Assembly (NCBI GenBank): GCA_045837725.1
Contig: JBEWZL010000270.1
Coordinates: 124,001 to 188,000 of the forward strand
Direction: 5' to 3'
DNA from: Vermamoeba vermiformis
Lineage: Eukaryota
Length of the DNA: 64,000 nt
The notes under the pieces were generated by a model that was not told where the DNA came from, searched no databases, and saw only the letters and a program-made list of their open reading frames with translations. The position numbers were made by a program, and so were the translations under genes. Of this stretch, positions 1 to 14,000 are shown piece by piece. Numbering within the stretch: the stretch's first letter is position 1; each line of letters opens with the position of its first letter.

Positions 1-1013
1 GTTTTAAATGTCATACGCACCAAATCGAGGAATAGGAAAATCGGCTTTATGAGAGTGATGCTTCGCTCGTTTCCAAGTCTTACGGCCTAATAAAAATTGA
101 TTAGCAATGTTTCAGCTAACTTCAACTGGGCTATTACAGCCTCTTATTTACGTATAACGCATTAATTTATGTATTGACTATTAAAATAAACGTGCTCGGT
201 ATTTGCGGAAGAAGGGAATTGGACTCAGCTTACTTGTATTCAGGACGTGGAAATCACCAAAACACGGTTGTTGCTCGATAGGCTCTGCGTGACCTCCGAA
301 AATATACACTTTGTGTCCAATGACCGCTGAAGCGTGCGCTGAGCGAGGCTTGGGTACGTGGCCGTTTGGCGCACCTTTGTTCTTCAAATTGAAATGACGA
401 AAGACTGGATATAGAGAAAATTAGTGTCTAAAATAATGATAAAGCCATACAAAATATTAGAAAAATTCTTTATGCTGTCCCACAGGAGTTCCACTCAGCT
501 TTTTCGGACTTTTTTTACTGAAATTTCGATCGTTATTTTTGAAACTCTTGGTTTAGTCCTTATTAAGACCAATACACGACAACATGTGCGACATTATTGC
601 TTAATATGTCTAATCAAGTTGATTTGGATATAAAAAAGCGCACATAATAGGAGGATCCTCCGAAAATTATTTATAAATTTTGATTTACCTGCATTAAATA
701 CTTCGCTTTGGCCCGCAGTACTACCAGTAGAGGCACCAAGATCTTCTGCTTCGGTCAGTGCTTCTCCTTCAGACTCTGAATCCGAAGAATGCTTCTTGTC
801 TTTGCTTTTTGTTCTACGTGGTGTAGAAGGACTCTTCGATTTGGGAGAGGTTGATTTGCGTGCTGAGTCTTTTTTATGTAATTTTTTGGGGCTGTCAGGC
901 TCTTCGTTTGGTTTAACCGTCTGATCCCCGGCAGCAGGAGGCTCATCTGCCTTTCTATTATGTTCTTCGGTCGGAAGCTTTTCTACAACAACGTCTCCTA
1001 AGTTATCGCTCAT
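1..1013 (-). CDS. Kelch-repeat protein with a low-complexity S/K/E-rich N-terminus; spliced, runs off the window start
   Basis: ATG at 1013 (MSDNLGD...). A downstream exon encodes the kelch motif PKPRSAHASAVIGHKVYIFGG...FGDFHVLN. GT-AG introns lie between the exons. Confidence 0.8.
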
Positions 1014-1432
1014 GCTGATTGTTACAAAAAGATACGTAAATAGCTAATCCAAATAGTATAACTGTTTGTCACAACAGTTCAAAATTAACAATGAGACGAT
1101 GTGGTGCTCAAAGTGATCGTTAGGAAAAATGGAACGAAAATCAGAACCGATTAATTTTTGCGCACCCCCAAAAATGTGCTCGTTCTGTGAATAAGAAAAC
1201 AGATTTTTTTCGTTTGAGCGACGAGATCTCCGTAGTTCTTACTGACCAACAACTCCGAAGAGCATTCTCGAAACATTATACGTAATATTAATATTCCTAC
1301 TTCCAGGGAAGCTTCCAGTCAATTTCCGTAGTAACATTACTCCGAGGATCGCGGGTCTGCTTGTTCATTTCTCGTCTTAGCTTAATTACTTTAATATTTA
1401 TTATCGTATTTTACAGTATTTTTTGCCAATTT

Positions 1433-2384
1433 TTAATATCCGAACGAGCTCTTGAGCAAAATGACGTGCACTCTGCCAGGAGTAGCCCAAGGGCCAGCAT
1501 TGCGCAATGCGACTATAAATAACTCATATTAATATATTTCCATGTTATTGACGCGTTATCATCACTTACAGAAATAGTTGATGGCAGATCCAGGAACTCC
1601 GTAAGCTTTTCTGGCACGGGCGGATTCCAAGGGCAAAGCAAACTCATACGAGCGTCTACATACATAGAGTTAATAAAGATGATCTAACTGCACGTGCAAA
1701 AAGATATTTTGATCACTTACGCGACAGCATCCTCGTAGGTTGGGACGATCTTGTTCGATCCAGCTACAACGACAACATTCTTGGCAGAGTAAGCAAAGCC
1801 ACCAACACGAGTACCAGATGCATCAACAACGACCTGCGTAAACAATTCCGCATTAGATTTGATTCACTAAAGTGAGTTTCGCCGTGGATCCGTACCAGAT
1901 CACCCTCTTCACTGATCGCGGGCACACTCGACAAGAAATAATCAGCTGACATGCCCTCTCGTCGCTTATCAGCGGCCTTGATAGGGTCAGTCTCAGCCAA
2001 GAACTCAGCATGCAAGTTGCGCCATTTGTTCGTAGTTTTCAAGTAGTCAAGAAAGCCGATCTCACGCTGAAAAATTGGCGTAAATTAGTAAATTAATTTG
2101 CAATAGCATTGGTAATATTTATAAATATTATGATTAGTTATTGTACTTACCAAAGTAGTTGATCCGGCATTGTAGACTGACGCGCCTTCAGGGATCGACT
2201 CCTTGATCAAGTTTACGGCTTCTTCAGGAGTAGAAACAACGGTGACTTTGTGTCCCTTGCTCTCGAGCGCGGCTTTAGTCTTGGCAATAACTTCGTCAGA
2301 GGCAGGTCGCGAGTACTTCTGCGGTAATTCTTTGAGTTGAGGCTCGATCTGTTCGAGTTCAGACACGGAGTATAATTGCGACAT
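1433..2384 (-). CDS. LUD-domain (LutB/LutC/YkgG-like, lactate-utilisation family) protein
   Basis: Spliced exons give ...IPEGASVYNAGSTTL..EIGFLDYL...ADYFLSSVPAISEEGDL.VVDASGTRVGGFAYSAKNVVVVAGSNKIVPT...ESARARKAYG...GRVHVILLKSSFGY*, which matches the LUD motifs. Confidence 0.85.
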
Positions 2385-3334
2385 TTGACTATTGACTTGC
2401 TTTGTAGAGTATTAGGTGAATAATGAACATGTTGCCAATTTCGGCTTTTGTACCGTGTCGCGCACTCTTCAAGAACCTCCATCTCGCTTCTAGAACTTGT
2501 GAACTTTGTGCATCGTTTTAATAACGCCGTAATATTCGCAGTCCGGCACACCGCATGCACACGTGTTACGCAAATATTTGTCGCGCGACCACAATCACAA
2601 AATGATAATTTAGCAAGAGGAGCATCTGGCGCGTGTAACGGTCAAAAAAAATTAAATACGAGCTTCAAAAATTACTAAAAATTTGCCAATGACAAGAGTA
2701 TGATAATAGTCTATGTAATATATTACCACTTAACGGTTTTCTCAATTGGTTCTGATCGACCGGTCGGTGCTCTGAGTTGCATCAAGTCTTGCCAGATACT
2801 TGAACGGAGCTAGCACAACCATCGTTATACGGAAGACAATCTACGAACTAGGATGCAAACAGCTTATAAGCCAGTACTGCTGTGGTTGCAGTAATTAGCG
2901 TGAGAATTAAATGTTGTTGAACTCGATCAAAACAATAACACCTCGACTCCACCAAGATTGAGCTCTTCGTGCAAACAACGCACAATGGATATTATACTTT
3001 ATCCGCGCAATATTGTATGTAGTTGCAGCAGAAAGTGGCCCGATGAGGGATTGCACGGTATTTGATTTTAATTTCTATTTTTTAGCCAATTTTCTCATCT
3101 TTTATTTCTAAAATAATTTATTATAATATTTCGCGATCAGTAGCATTATTCTAAAGGGGTGTATTTTTAAATTAATTTTTGGAGGCAAAATTGTTGAGCT
3201 GACTCCGTTACACTGCGGTCAAACAGTAAGCAAAATTAGATCGATTCGTATAAATACATGATGTAGTGGTGCCTAATAGTATACATATTGTAGTGTTCGA
3301 ACAATTTACAAATAATTTACTATGGAGGTAATAA

Positions 3335-5613
3335 TTAACAAGAAATGGAGCTGGTATTATAGGGACTTGTTTCGATAGGACTGGTTTCAATAGGGCTTGT
3401 TTGGTAAGGGCTGTAGTAATCGACTGGATCCACTTCAGTTTTAAACCGCGGATGTTGTTGGAGAATTTTGAACGATGAGCCTTTAAAGTATAATCCACGA
3501 CTTTCGACTGTCAATATGATGGTCTAAATCCAAAAATCCGTTAGATTCGGTTATTAAAGCCAGATAAGGCAAATTTGAAAGTCTATCGGCACGTGCAATT
3601 TAAGTTTAAATTTGAGTTAATTAATGACCCGACCGAAGAGTTTTGTGCGGATGCGACTTTAACTAAGGATTGGATTGGTGCAAGCAATTTAAAATTTCTG
3701 ATATTGATTGGGTTCATGAATAGGTCTCGGCTACTGTCAAATACTTACGTCAAATAAATTTACTAAGCGTAGTCTAATGCGCGGTGATGTAATTAAGTTG
3801 TAGTGTTCAATTGCTTGTTGTTTTTTGGCTTCGTAACGCTCCATGTCGTCCATGTTGCACGCGAATTCGGCGTCAGCAGCGCACACCCAGCACTTTAAGA
3901 AGTTATAGTACTTGCTATCCTTGATGGTCTCTAGGCTTTCGTCAATCTCTCGAACAGAAGCAATCATTGTCCTATGAGAAAAAATTGTCAGAAGATCCGA
4001 TCTAAAAATGACATGCGAAGTCAGTTTCGCTTAGGTACGCAACTAAGAAAAATTATTACGGTCAAATCGACTTGCACCGTCTTATTTAGATCGATGTTGC
4101 TGTCAAGTTAAATTGCGCGATTCAATTTCGATTTCCTATGTAGTTGTCTTACCTCATACTCTGCTTCGAGTAAATCTCCGATAATAGCAGTGCCGATAGA
4201 CTAGTAGACAATTGGAATTTGACGAACTCGATCAAATGTGGATTGACGGGCTGGGAATGGTACTTAATCAACCAGCTTTCTCGGCGCGGTCGATCTGTTG
4301 AAGTAACCATCAAAGTAGAATAGGTTCTATAATAGCAATGAATATTTAGTAACTATTTGAATTTCAAGAGCGGGCTTGCGTCAATTGTAAGACTGGATGT
4401 ACTTACGAAAAAACTAAATCTGGTTCCATAATGTTCTCATAGACTTGAACTAACTGCAATATGAAACCAATTGTAGTAACATACGCGGCCATTCTATGGC
4501 TAATTTGCAAATAGGATCCAAGCATGACTAAGTTGCTTATCACTCGTTGCGCTTGGATGTGGTCAAACTGGATGCCTCGTTGAAAGAACAGAGTCGTTAC
4601 TATATTAATTGCAACTGATATCATATCATTATGCACGACTTCGCCACCATTGAAGAGTTCGCCTACAATTGCAATGTTAGGTAAAATTGTTCTTACGGAT
4701 CTTTATTAGGTAAAATTTCGGTTATTAAGATTGCTAGCGTTATTCGAGATATATTAACCATAATAAGGATTTATAATTAAGAGAACGTATAATAATAAAA
4801 ATCAATCAAAAAGTGTCAGATTTCGGATGGTCAAGTTTCTTACCAACTAAAAAGACGTTGAACCATGATAAGACGTCAATTAGAGTTTCGGTAGGCAATT
4901 GACTAATTTGAGCATCGATATGGTTCTTATTAAATGTGTTCGCTAGCTGCCATGTCAATTCTTTAGTTCCGTTTTCTTGCTTGCGAATCTGGTCGAACAG
5001 GTTATCGAAGTGATTGCAAATCCATCTGCCCGCGTCATAATATACATCGACTAATTCATTTGCAAAGCTAATTGGTGGTAGCTCGATCGTTGAAAAGGTT
5101 TCGGATGGGACCTAAAAATCAAAAGTGTCAAAAAGTGATGTGTGGCTGTTGCAAAATTAGACAACTAGAGTATTAAAAACCTTTAGGTATATATTAGAAT
5201 TAATTTTAAATAATTCGGAGTTGGAAAGTTGAATTTCAGGTTAAGGAAAGATCAGAAAATTGCAATAAAATCTGTTGATTTAGTATTTTAATTACCGGAG
5301 ATAAATATTGCAATAAACTCTTCTCTAATGAGAATATTTTCTTCTTATAAACTTGTAATTGTTCTTCCAACACTTTAATTGTATTTTCAGCATCCGCCGC
5401 TCTTTGTTCTGCGGTCGCTTGAACGACTGCGTATCGCTTTCTTCGATAAGGGGTGTTATAGGTACACGTGGCATTGTGCGACATGCATTGATTGCATGGA
5501 ACTGCGTTATTGCATCTGATCTTTTTCTCTTTACATCTGTCGCACGACCGAACAGTACCATAAACAATATCGCCGCTTTTGCTGGCCGATTTGGCCTTGG
5601 TTGACTTAGACAT
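3335..5613 (-). CDS. Zn(2)-Cys(6) binuclear cluster transcription factor, paralog 1
   Basis: SCDRCKEKKIRCNNAVPCNQCMSHNATC followed by a coiled coil. Later exons are homologous to paralogs 2 and 3 (LFFQRGIQF; ESRGLYFKGSSF). Stop at 3335-3337. Confidence 0.9.
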
Positions 5614-5771
5614 GTTCGCACAATAGTTCAAACTGATTTTCGGCCCGACAAAGCGTCTTTTTTTTGCGGCCACGTGTCTTTGTGATCTGGATGCGGTTTG
5701 GAAATTTCTATCGACGGTCCGTTAAATGTTAAATGACACAGTTTATTATACAAGGTATTCAATTTTCCTAT

Positions 5772-8026
5772 TTACATTTGTTTCGCGGAGTAGTTACTGT
5801 AGTTATTCTCACTGTACGGAAATTTTTCGTGAAGCGATCTCGGACTATCTTCAATAACCGGACTATGAAGCGATTGGGCACTACTAGTGGCACCACTATA
5901 CTCTTCTCGGCTATGCGGACTATCGCTAGAGTATTCGGTGTTATTGTTGTTCGCTGCGTAGAGATCCGGATCTTGTAGCGGCGCTGACTGCAGGCAAGAG
6001 AAAGAAGCGCCTTTGAAATAGAACCCACGGCTTTGACATATCAATCCTATAGCCTATTGAATATACATGTTAATATTGTGAGTCTCGTTGTACGTCACAA
6101 CTCTCCGTGGCGCCTCCGTGCGAGGTAATGGACTTTCCATAAAAGGAATAGTTTTCACAACAGGTTTCTCTAACTTACGGTAATGATCTTTGCCAAGCGG
6201 TTTTTGAGTAATTGCGACGGTAGTTGCGCGAAATGAAGCTGGATATGCTTCATTAAATATTCGTAGCGGTCGAAGTCGTTCAAACGGATCGTAAATTCAG
6301 CTTTGATGACCAGCAACCACGTCTTATAGAAAAAGTACCATTGACTTCGTCCTAGCGGCCGTAAAAGGTCTTCGTCCATTTGCTTCAACGCGAATATCAT
6401 TGACCTACGATGATCTAGCGTTAATTAAGACGGATGTGAACTGGATCTGGACCAAAATAAATTAATTTTTGTATACCTTAAATCTTGATCCGAAATGGCG
6501 GGGCTGGATATAAGGTACGTCAACATGCTATACAGTTGAAACCTAACGACGTCTGTTAAAGGCGGTTGTACTGGCTGAGAATGAAATTTCGAGCGCCACT
6601 TCTCCTGCGTGGCATTGTCAGGCGAGCAAACCAAAAGAGCGCCATAGACACTACGATAATATGTGTTAGAGTATACCAGGTCCACAATTTAATTAAGCTA
6701 AATAATCCCGCAACAATTTCCTTAAAAGGAAGCCTGCATCTTGTAGATGGATGTGGCCCAAACAAGTAATGTGCGGCATTAGTACCAATATAGGCAATAG
6801 TACTGGTACGTTTGTTTTGTGGCTAGAGGTTTTTAAACTTACACGTTAAGTAGGCCCGAATCCATTGAGTTCTCGTACAGCTGGGCCAATTGATTCAAAA
6901 AGCCCATTGTTGCCATGTACGCGGGCATTTTCAGCACTAGCTTCATGTAGTTCGTAAGCGAGACTAATATCGCCATAGTTCGGTAGGCCAATGTGGGATT
7001 GAACTGGATCCCGCGTTGGAAGAACAAGGCCGTTATTATGCTTATAGCAAGGTTTATCATATCTTCTTTAATTAACGCGCGATCGACCATAGACTCGCCT
7101 AAAAAGGAAAAAATTAATTATTTTTCTGTTTTTTGACATAAATTTACGCCCCGATGACTAATTTCAATATATAACGTCAAAGCGGATATTATGGCAATGC
7201 TATTTTAAGCAATTTATATTCCGTCATCGCGGATGGAGCTTCGTAAACTTACCATACAAAAGCACGGTCATCCAGGACAGTATGTCTAGTAGTCCTTCAG
7301 TGCTGCATTGCTTGAAATATTGCTCTGCGTAGCTCTTCTTATACGCTGAGACAAGCTGCCAGGTCGTTTCCTTTGATCCGCTTTGCAATTTCAAGTTTTC
7401 GTAAATTAAATCAAAGTGGCTATCGACTGCGCAACCAGAGGCCTCATACGCGAATATTAATTGAGATGCGTAGCCCAAGGGAATTGGTTTCTTTGTAAAC
7501 GCTTCTGTCGGAATCTAGAAGTACCATCAGTCAATTTACCAAAATAAGTATACTATCGGTAATTTAACGAATGTAAAATTGAACGAGACTCGTTCGAAAT
7601 TATTTAAATATTATATCGTTAGAATTATTTTCATCATCTGGACTTCCGGTCCCGAGCGGATTGTATTCCAAAAAATTCTTTAATGTTAAATTAATGCAAA
7701 ATCATTAATTTACTTACTGGTGATAAATATTGGGATAATGACTTCTCTAAATCTTGTACTCGTTTTTTATAGGCGCCCAATTGTTCTTCCAATTTTTTAA
7801 TTTTGATCTCCGCCTCTTGGTTAATTTGATTAGCTAGATCCGAAGAATTAACCGCATATCGTTTGCGCCTGCATGGTGCGTTGTATGTGCACGTTGAATT
7901 ATGGAGAACGCATTGATTGCACGGGACTCCATTGTTACATCTGATTTTTTTCTCTTTACATCTGTCGCAGGATCTAACCGTTCCCACGACAGGCAAATCG
8001 TCTTTAGTCTTTCGTGTGGCACTCAT
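5772..8026 (-). CDS. Zn(2)-Cys(6) binuclear cluster transcription factor, paralog 2
   Basis: SCDRCKEKKIRCNNGVPCNQCVLHNSTC; LFFQRGIQF; last exon QSRGFYFKGASF. Same exon order as paralogs 1 and 3. Confidence 0.9.
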
Positions 8027-8042
8027 ATTATTACATAATATT

Positions 8043-8139
8043 TGAATAAAAAATGTCAACACGGATTCGTGCGGAGGCCCGCGGGGCGGGCCACCGCGAC
8101 GGAGTCGGGCACATAAATGAATAAAAAATGTCAACACGG
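8043..8139. repeat. 22-bp perfect direct repeat (TGAATAAAAAATGTCAACACGG) flanking a GC-rich hairpin
   Basis: Copies at 8043-8064 and 8118-8139. The spacer contains GGCCCGC-GGG-GCGGGCC (8076-8092). It lies just upstream of the paralog 2 ATG. Confidence 0.9.
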
Positions 8140-8301
8140 TAAATTTTCTCTTGTGCGGCGAGTTTTTGAACTTTCAGACCTTTCCTTTTCGGGCAAGTCG
8201 TTTAAAGATTTTGATTTTCGTGCCCTGACAACGTTCATGAAGATGCATAGCGTAACGGTATGATATTAGACTATTTACATTCGCTTATTACAATTTTCTA
8301 A

Positions 8302-10508
8302 TTACAAAACTTCTTCAAACCTCGTCTCTTCCGTTGGAAAAACTCCTGCGGCTTCGAAAAAGGCTTGAAACTCTTCATCGCTATGCGCACTAATCGGTGC
8401 ACTATTATTCGGGCTTTCGTGAGAACCAGCACTATCGCTGGCACTTTGAACGTGAGATCCAGGACTCGGACTAGAACTTGAACTCGGTGAACTAACGTCT
8501 CCAGATGACGCCGCAGATGTTACTGGCTGTGGTGTAACGATCATAAACGAGGTTCCAATGAAATAGAAGCCTCTGCTCTTACAAACCATGTTCACCGCCT
8601 AAGATCCAAAAAAAGTTCGTTAACACTAGCATATTCAAAGTTAAATATTAAGAAGTTCGCGAACATTCTGATCGTAATATATAATATAGAAATTTCCAGC
8701 ATCAGTCAAAAAATTCTAAAGTATATTCCAGCTGTGATCCGACCAACGAGACACAAATCAATTGCAGCTGTGCAACTTAACGAACTTGTCATAATAACTT
8801 ATATATAGAAACTTTCTATAGCACTACTTACCCTAAATATTTTCGCAGCGCGGTTTCGATGTGCTTGAGTAGGCAGAGCTCTAAAATTGGTGATAATCTC
8901 TCCTTTCAAAAATTCATATCGATCATTGTCGTTGACTCGTATCGCTAGTTCAGCTTCAATGGCGTAAATCCAAATCTTGAAAGTATTGAACCACGTGTTG
9001 TATTGGAGTGGTTGTAAAGCTGCGTCAAGTTGTCTCAGATTTGCAATCATGCTACTATAAGAGCTAACTGCGTTAGTTCCGTATTTAAATAGGTAAGTGC
9101 ATCGTAATTTGCAAAAGAAGGTTCAATCGATGATTTTTCAGTGCGGATGCCGCATAATTAGATCTAATCCCGTAAAAGAACTTTCAACCAATAGTTGAAC
9201 CAAAATCTTACTTGAAATGTTGGACCGTGGCATATTCTTCAAATAGTAATAACGATAGAATGTCGAAAATTTGGAATCTAATGTAGTCTATCAGATGTGG
9301 CTGGGTCGGTTGCGAATAATATTTGTTTTGCCATTTTATCCTACTTTCTTGGTCTCTTGCACTGACCATAAGCGATCCATAGGTACTATAAATGGTTATA
9401 AATTAATATTCGTGGATTAAACTACGCTAGATCAACTTACGAAAAAATTAAAGCTGGATCGAGCTTTGCATCGTGTAATTGGACGATTTGTTGCAAGAAT
9501 CCCATGGCAGTAGTATATGCAGCCAATTTATCACTCATTTTTAAGTAAGTGCTAAAGACCACTAAATTACTAATCATTTTCGGGGCAAGCACGCTGTTGA
9601 ATTGAACTCCTCGTTGAAAGAATAGCGCCATAATGATATTAAGTGCAAATTCCGTCATGTCAATAGGCACGATCGTCTTATCTTGAACGAGCTCGCCTAG
9701 TAAATTGCTAAAATTAGCCACATCTGTCAAAAATTCTTGTGTGGATCGTAATCTGCTTACCAACTAAGAATACATTAATCCAAGATAATATTTCAACAAG
9801 ACCCTCTGTATTGCATTGTTTGATGTATTGCTCCGAATATTGTTTGCTGAATGAACTGAGCATCTGCCAGGTAGTTTCTTTCGATCCAATCTGTTGCTTT
9901 AATTGTTCGTAATTTGCATCAAAATAACTGCACATCCATCGACCAGCATCTTCATATGCGTCTATTAACTCTGACGCGTGGCTCAATGGCAGTGGGGATC
10001 GTGAAAGTTCGCTTGAGGGCACCTGCTCCTTATTTAGTAAAATGGACGAAAGGCATTACATTGCATGATAATTAAAGTCATATTATAAGGTAATTTAATA
10101 TTTAATATTATTATAAATTATTAGCGCAACAGAATCATGTTCAGCAAAGCTCAAATAATGGATTTGTTTTTTTAAATTCATGCATTAAATTATGCTTACC
10201 GGAGATAAATATTGTATTAAGCTTTTTTCTAGTGCTTGTATTTGAAGCTTATAATTTGTTAATTGTTGCTCTAAACTTTGAATTTTTAGCTGGGCGGGAT
10301 CCGCGTTGCTGTTTTGTTGAATTATTGGTGCTGCTGCAGCATTTAGCGTGTATCTTTTTCGTCTATTTGGTAAATTATATGTGCATGGAGTATTATGCAC
10401 GAGGCATTGATCGCAAGGAATTGCGTTGTTACATCTGATCTTTTTCAATTTACATCGATCACAGGATCTAACCGTCCGCAGAACAGGAACTATCGCCTGT
10501 TGCGACAT
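8302..10508 (-). CDS. Zn(2)-Cys(6) binuclear cluster transcription factor, paralog 3
   Basis: SCDRCKLKKIRCNNAIPCDQCLVHNTPC; LFFQRGVQF; last exon KSRGFYFIGTSF followed by a Ser-rich/acidic tail. Confidence 0.9.
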
Positions 10509-11052
10509 ACGTGTCTTGCTTGTTTCACACCTATAAAATAAAGACAGAATAGTTTTTTTACTCCAAACGGGATTGTTGTCACGAGGCGGCCTTTTTTCGA
10601 GTTTTTTTGACTTTGTCAGCGACTTCCGCAACGCAGCAAAGAAGCAATGATATGTTAATAGTGAGATAAGCCTTCACCGCGCAACGCCGGTCCGCTTTCT
10701 TGCTACTTTAGATCTTCGAGAAAAGCCTCCCTAAACGGAAAGGCAGCGGAACAGTTTTTCGGAAGTAACTTCATTCTGCTGTTAAAGCAGTAATTCACGA
10801 ATATCCGGCATGCCGTTTTTTAAATGATTACTTCAGACAAAAAGCGATTGAATTCGAAAACAGATCCGTTCGTCACTGGTGTTTGAGAAGCATGTTGCTA
10901 TTTTCCCTCCGTAATCGAATTTAACATTCATTTTTAGACTTATTGCATGAGGGTTGCCGCTTTAAGTATTGACCTCCATTAAAAAATATGCTTTTTTTTT
11001 GTCACACTTGTTCTTGAGTCCACCGGTGCTGTGTAAATATTTGTAATATATT

Positions 11053-14000
11053 ATGGGTAATCAAGCATTAAAAAATCATACGTTGGAGCGACAAACGTAT
11101 TCAACAGGAGGTCCTGGATCTGCCTGGTAAGAATTACCATTCAACCAACTGCTTTATTTCGATTACCATAAATTTATTTTTGCTGCAATAGTACGGAATA
11201 TTACATGACTCGTATTATTATGGTTGGCGAATTGACACAATAAATTAATTTTTGATAGGAAAATTTATCCTGCCAAAACTAAGGTCAATAACGAAGAGGT
11301 CTCGTTATGGGTAATATTTAATGACATTACAGAATATGTAAAAATTAAAATAAGCTAATTTCCTATTTTTCGTAGATCTATGATAAAAAATCAGTATCAA
11401 CCGACAAGACAGGAGAAGGAGAAACATTTTTAGAAGTACTTAGAAGAGATGTACGTTTTTTATTAATGCTATTGGTGAGGTAGCATGCTCATAATCAATT
11501 TAGGCTCAAAGTCTCTCAAAACTTCGACATCCGTTCATTATTCGCGTTAATAAGCCCATAGAAGAGTCAAAAACATCAATAGTAAGAGTATATTAATTAA
11601 TCAAGATATGAAAATGCTTATCAAATTAAAATAGATGATGGAAACAGAACCAATTATTACCTCCCTATCCAACATATTGAACAAACAAACAGCGCATAAG
11701 CACACCGCTTTTTTCGGTTCATTTGGACGAGCAGCTACAACGCCTAATGAATGGCACTTAGAAGATCAAGAGGTATGATAAGCTATGCGTAAAATATTAT
11801 CGCTAACACGCGCCTTCAAACGACAGATCAAAGTTGGATTGATGAATATTTGCGAAGCTGTAACGTTCATTCATCAGAACTTGAATATAGTGCACTTGAA
11901 TATCGGACCTGAAAACATTTTTATCGCCAAAGACGTACGTGCCAAAAAAATTTCAAACTTTAGTTCGAAGTCGGATCTCATACCTTGTTGCACAATAGGG
12001 CTCGTGGAAATTAGGTGGATTTAACTTCTCAACGGTCATGGGCGGCGATGTTGTTCGAGTGGCATATGATTTTAACGGAACACAAGCATATCCTATTAGA
12101 CCGAACTTGGACTATACTGGTGCGTAACACTCATGCTAAAATTTCGAGTAAAATATTAACTTTGCATTCTATAGCACCTGAAGTGGCTTATACTCAAGTT
12201 GCAAACCGTGGCAGTGATGTATTCTCGTTAGGCTGTTTGATCTATGAATGTTACAATCGACATATGCCGCTGCTGAACACTGGTGGTAACATCAGCACGT
12301 ACCGTCAGAAAATGACTTCAATGTTTCCAATGAAGCACGATCAAGTGCCATTTGCCATGCAAGGTAAGGCAAATATCTCATATATGATTAAATACTAACG
12401 TGGTTGCAGCGACTTTGGAGAAAATGTTGGCAGCGGATCCGAAGACGAGATTGCCGTTGTCGTCGTTTGTTGAGTCTGAAATATTCAACGACGTCGCTAC
12501 AAAATCGTTAGTCTTCTTGCAACATATTTTAGACAAAGATGATCAAACCAAGGCTATTTTTTTCAAGGGTCTCACTACAATCATCGGTCAATTTTCACCG
12601 CGCATAATGGAGTTCAAGGTACGTCGCTAATAAGGCGTAATATCACGTAGTATCTAATCTATGGTTTAGGTTGTCCCGCAATTATTGGGTGAATTGAGGA
12701 ATTTGGTCCTTGCACCGTTTATTTTGCCGAATGTTTTTACCGCTGCAACACTGTTGGACTCAGGCAATCAGAAGACATTCGGATTAAAGATTTTACCGCA
12801 ATTAGCACCGTTATTTGCTGTCAAAGATCCCTATCAAATCCCCCTGCTATTACTGCAACATTTGGAATTCATTTATTCACGAGCCACCCCGCAACAAGCC
12901 AAAGAAGGTAACTCGAAACCTTTGCAAAAATTTTATCAAATTTATTAATGGTCGTGTAATTGCAGTGGTTTTACCAATGATTTTATCTGCGTTTGATCAC
13001 CCGACAGTTGACATTCAAGTCGCGGTGTTGAAAATGTTGCCAGTGATTGTCAATTTGATCGAATACGATACTTTGAAGAACGCTATTTTGCCGAAGATAC
13101 AGGTACGTACAAAACAATCTTCTCGATAAATTACGATGCTAATTGTTGTTACAAGGCCGCCTGTGTCTCTGTAACAGCCCAAGCCGTACGAATTAACGCG
13201 TTGTTGTGCATGTCTAAGATCGTCAACTTGTTCACGAAGAACGTTGTTGAAGAGGTGTTTGTTCCGACACTGATCAGGTTGCAAACTTTGGAGACTAACG
13301 GAGCTATCATGGTACGCATAAAGACATATGTACTTATTTAGTAGTGGCACTAATGTACTGATGTTGTTAGATGGGTGTTGTTGGGGTGTGCGATGCGATT
13401 TCGAAGAAATTTGGCGAGCAAATTACGGCCACGAAACTTCTGCCAATCATCATTCCGTTCACTTTTGCCGAACAACTGAACCACAAACAGGTATATAGAC
13501 TTGTTCTATCACGTTAGTTCGGAAATTCTGATTTTTTTTTCAGTTTGAAACCTTGATCCACATCATTCATGGAATGCTTGCTAAGATTGAAGAGACTCGC
13601 GGCAAACAGTTGGAGATTCAAAAGAAGATTGAAGATGAAAACGCAAAGATTGACAGTTTGCGTAAGTAACTTTTACATATTTGCTAGTATGTTGGTCTTG
13701 CTAACTCTTTTTTTACTTTTTTTTCAGCCGACCACCAAAAGTTCAACAAACTTAATGAACTCGTGTCGAACCAATCAAACGCTCCCAAAACACCAACGGC
13801 AACTAATAATTTTAACGCTGCGAATCAATTCAGTGATCTATCGTTTGCTGTAAGTTCCAGAATTCTTTTTCTTCGTCGCTTGAGAGCTAACTTTTTTGAC
13901 GCAGACTGAAGCACCCTCCGCGTTGAACTTTGAAAATTTGATCAAGAGACAAGAGTCCGTCAAAGAGCCAGCGCCTGTCAAGACATCAGACCAGCCCAGG

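Noticed and set aside
8043-8139. CRISPR-like repeat-spacer-repeat
   Set aside because: Only two repeats, eukaryotic context and no cas genes.
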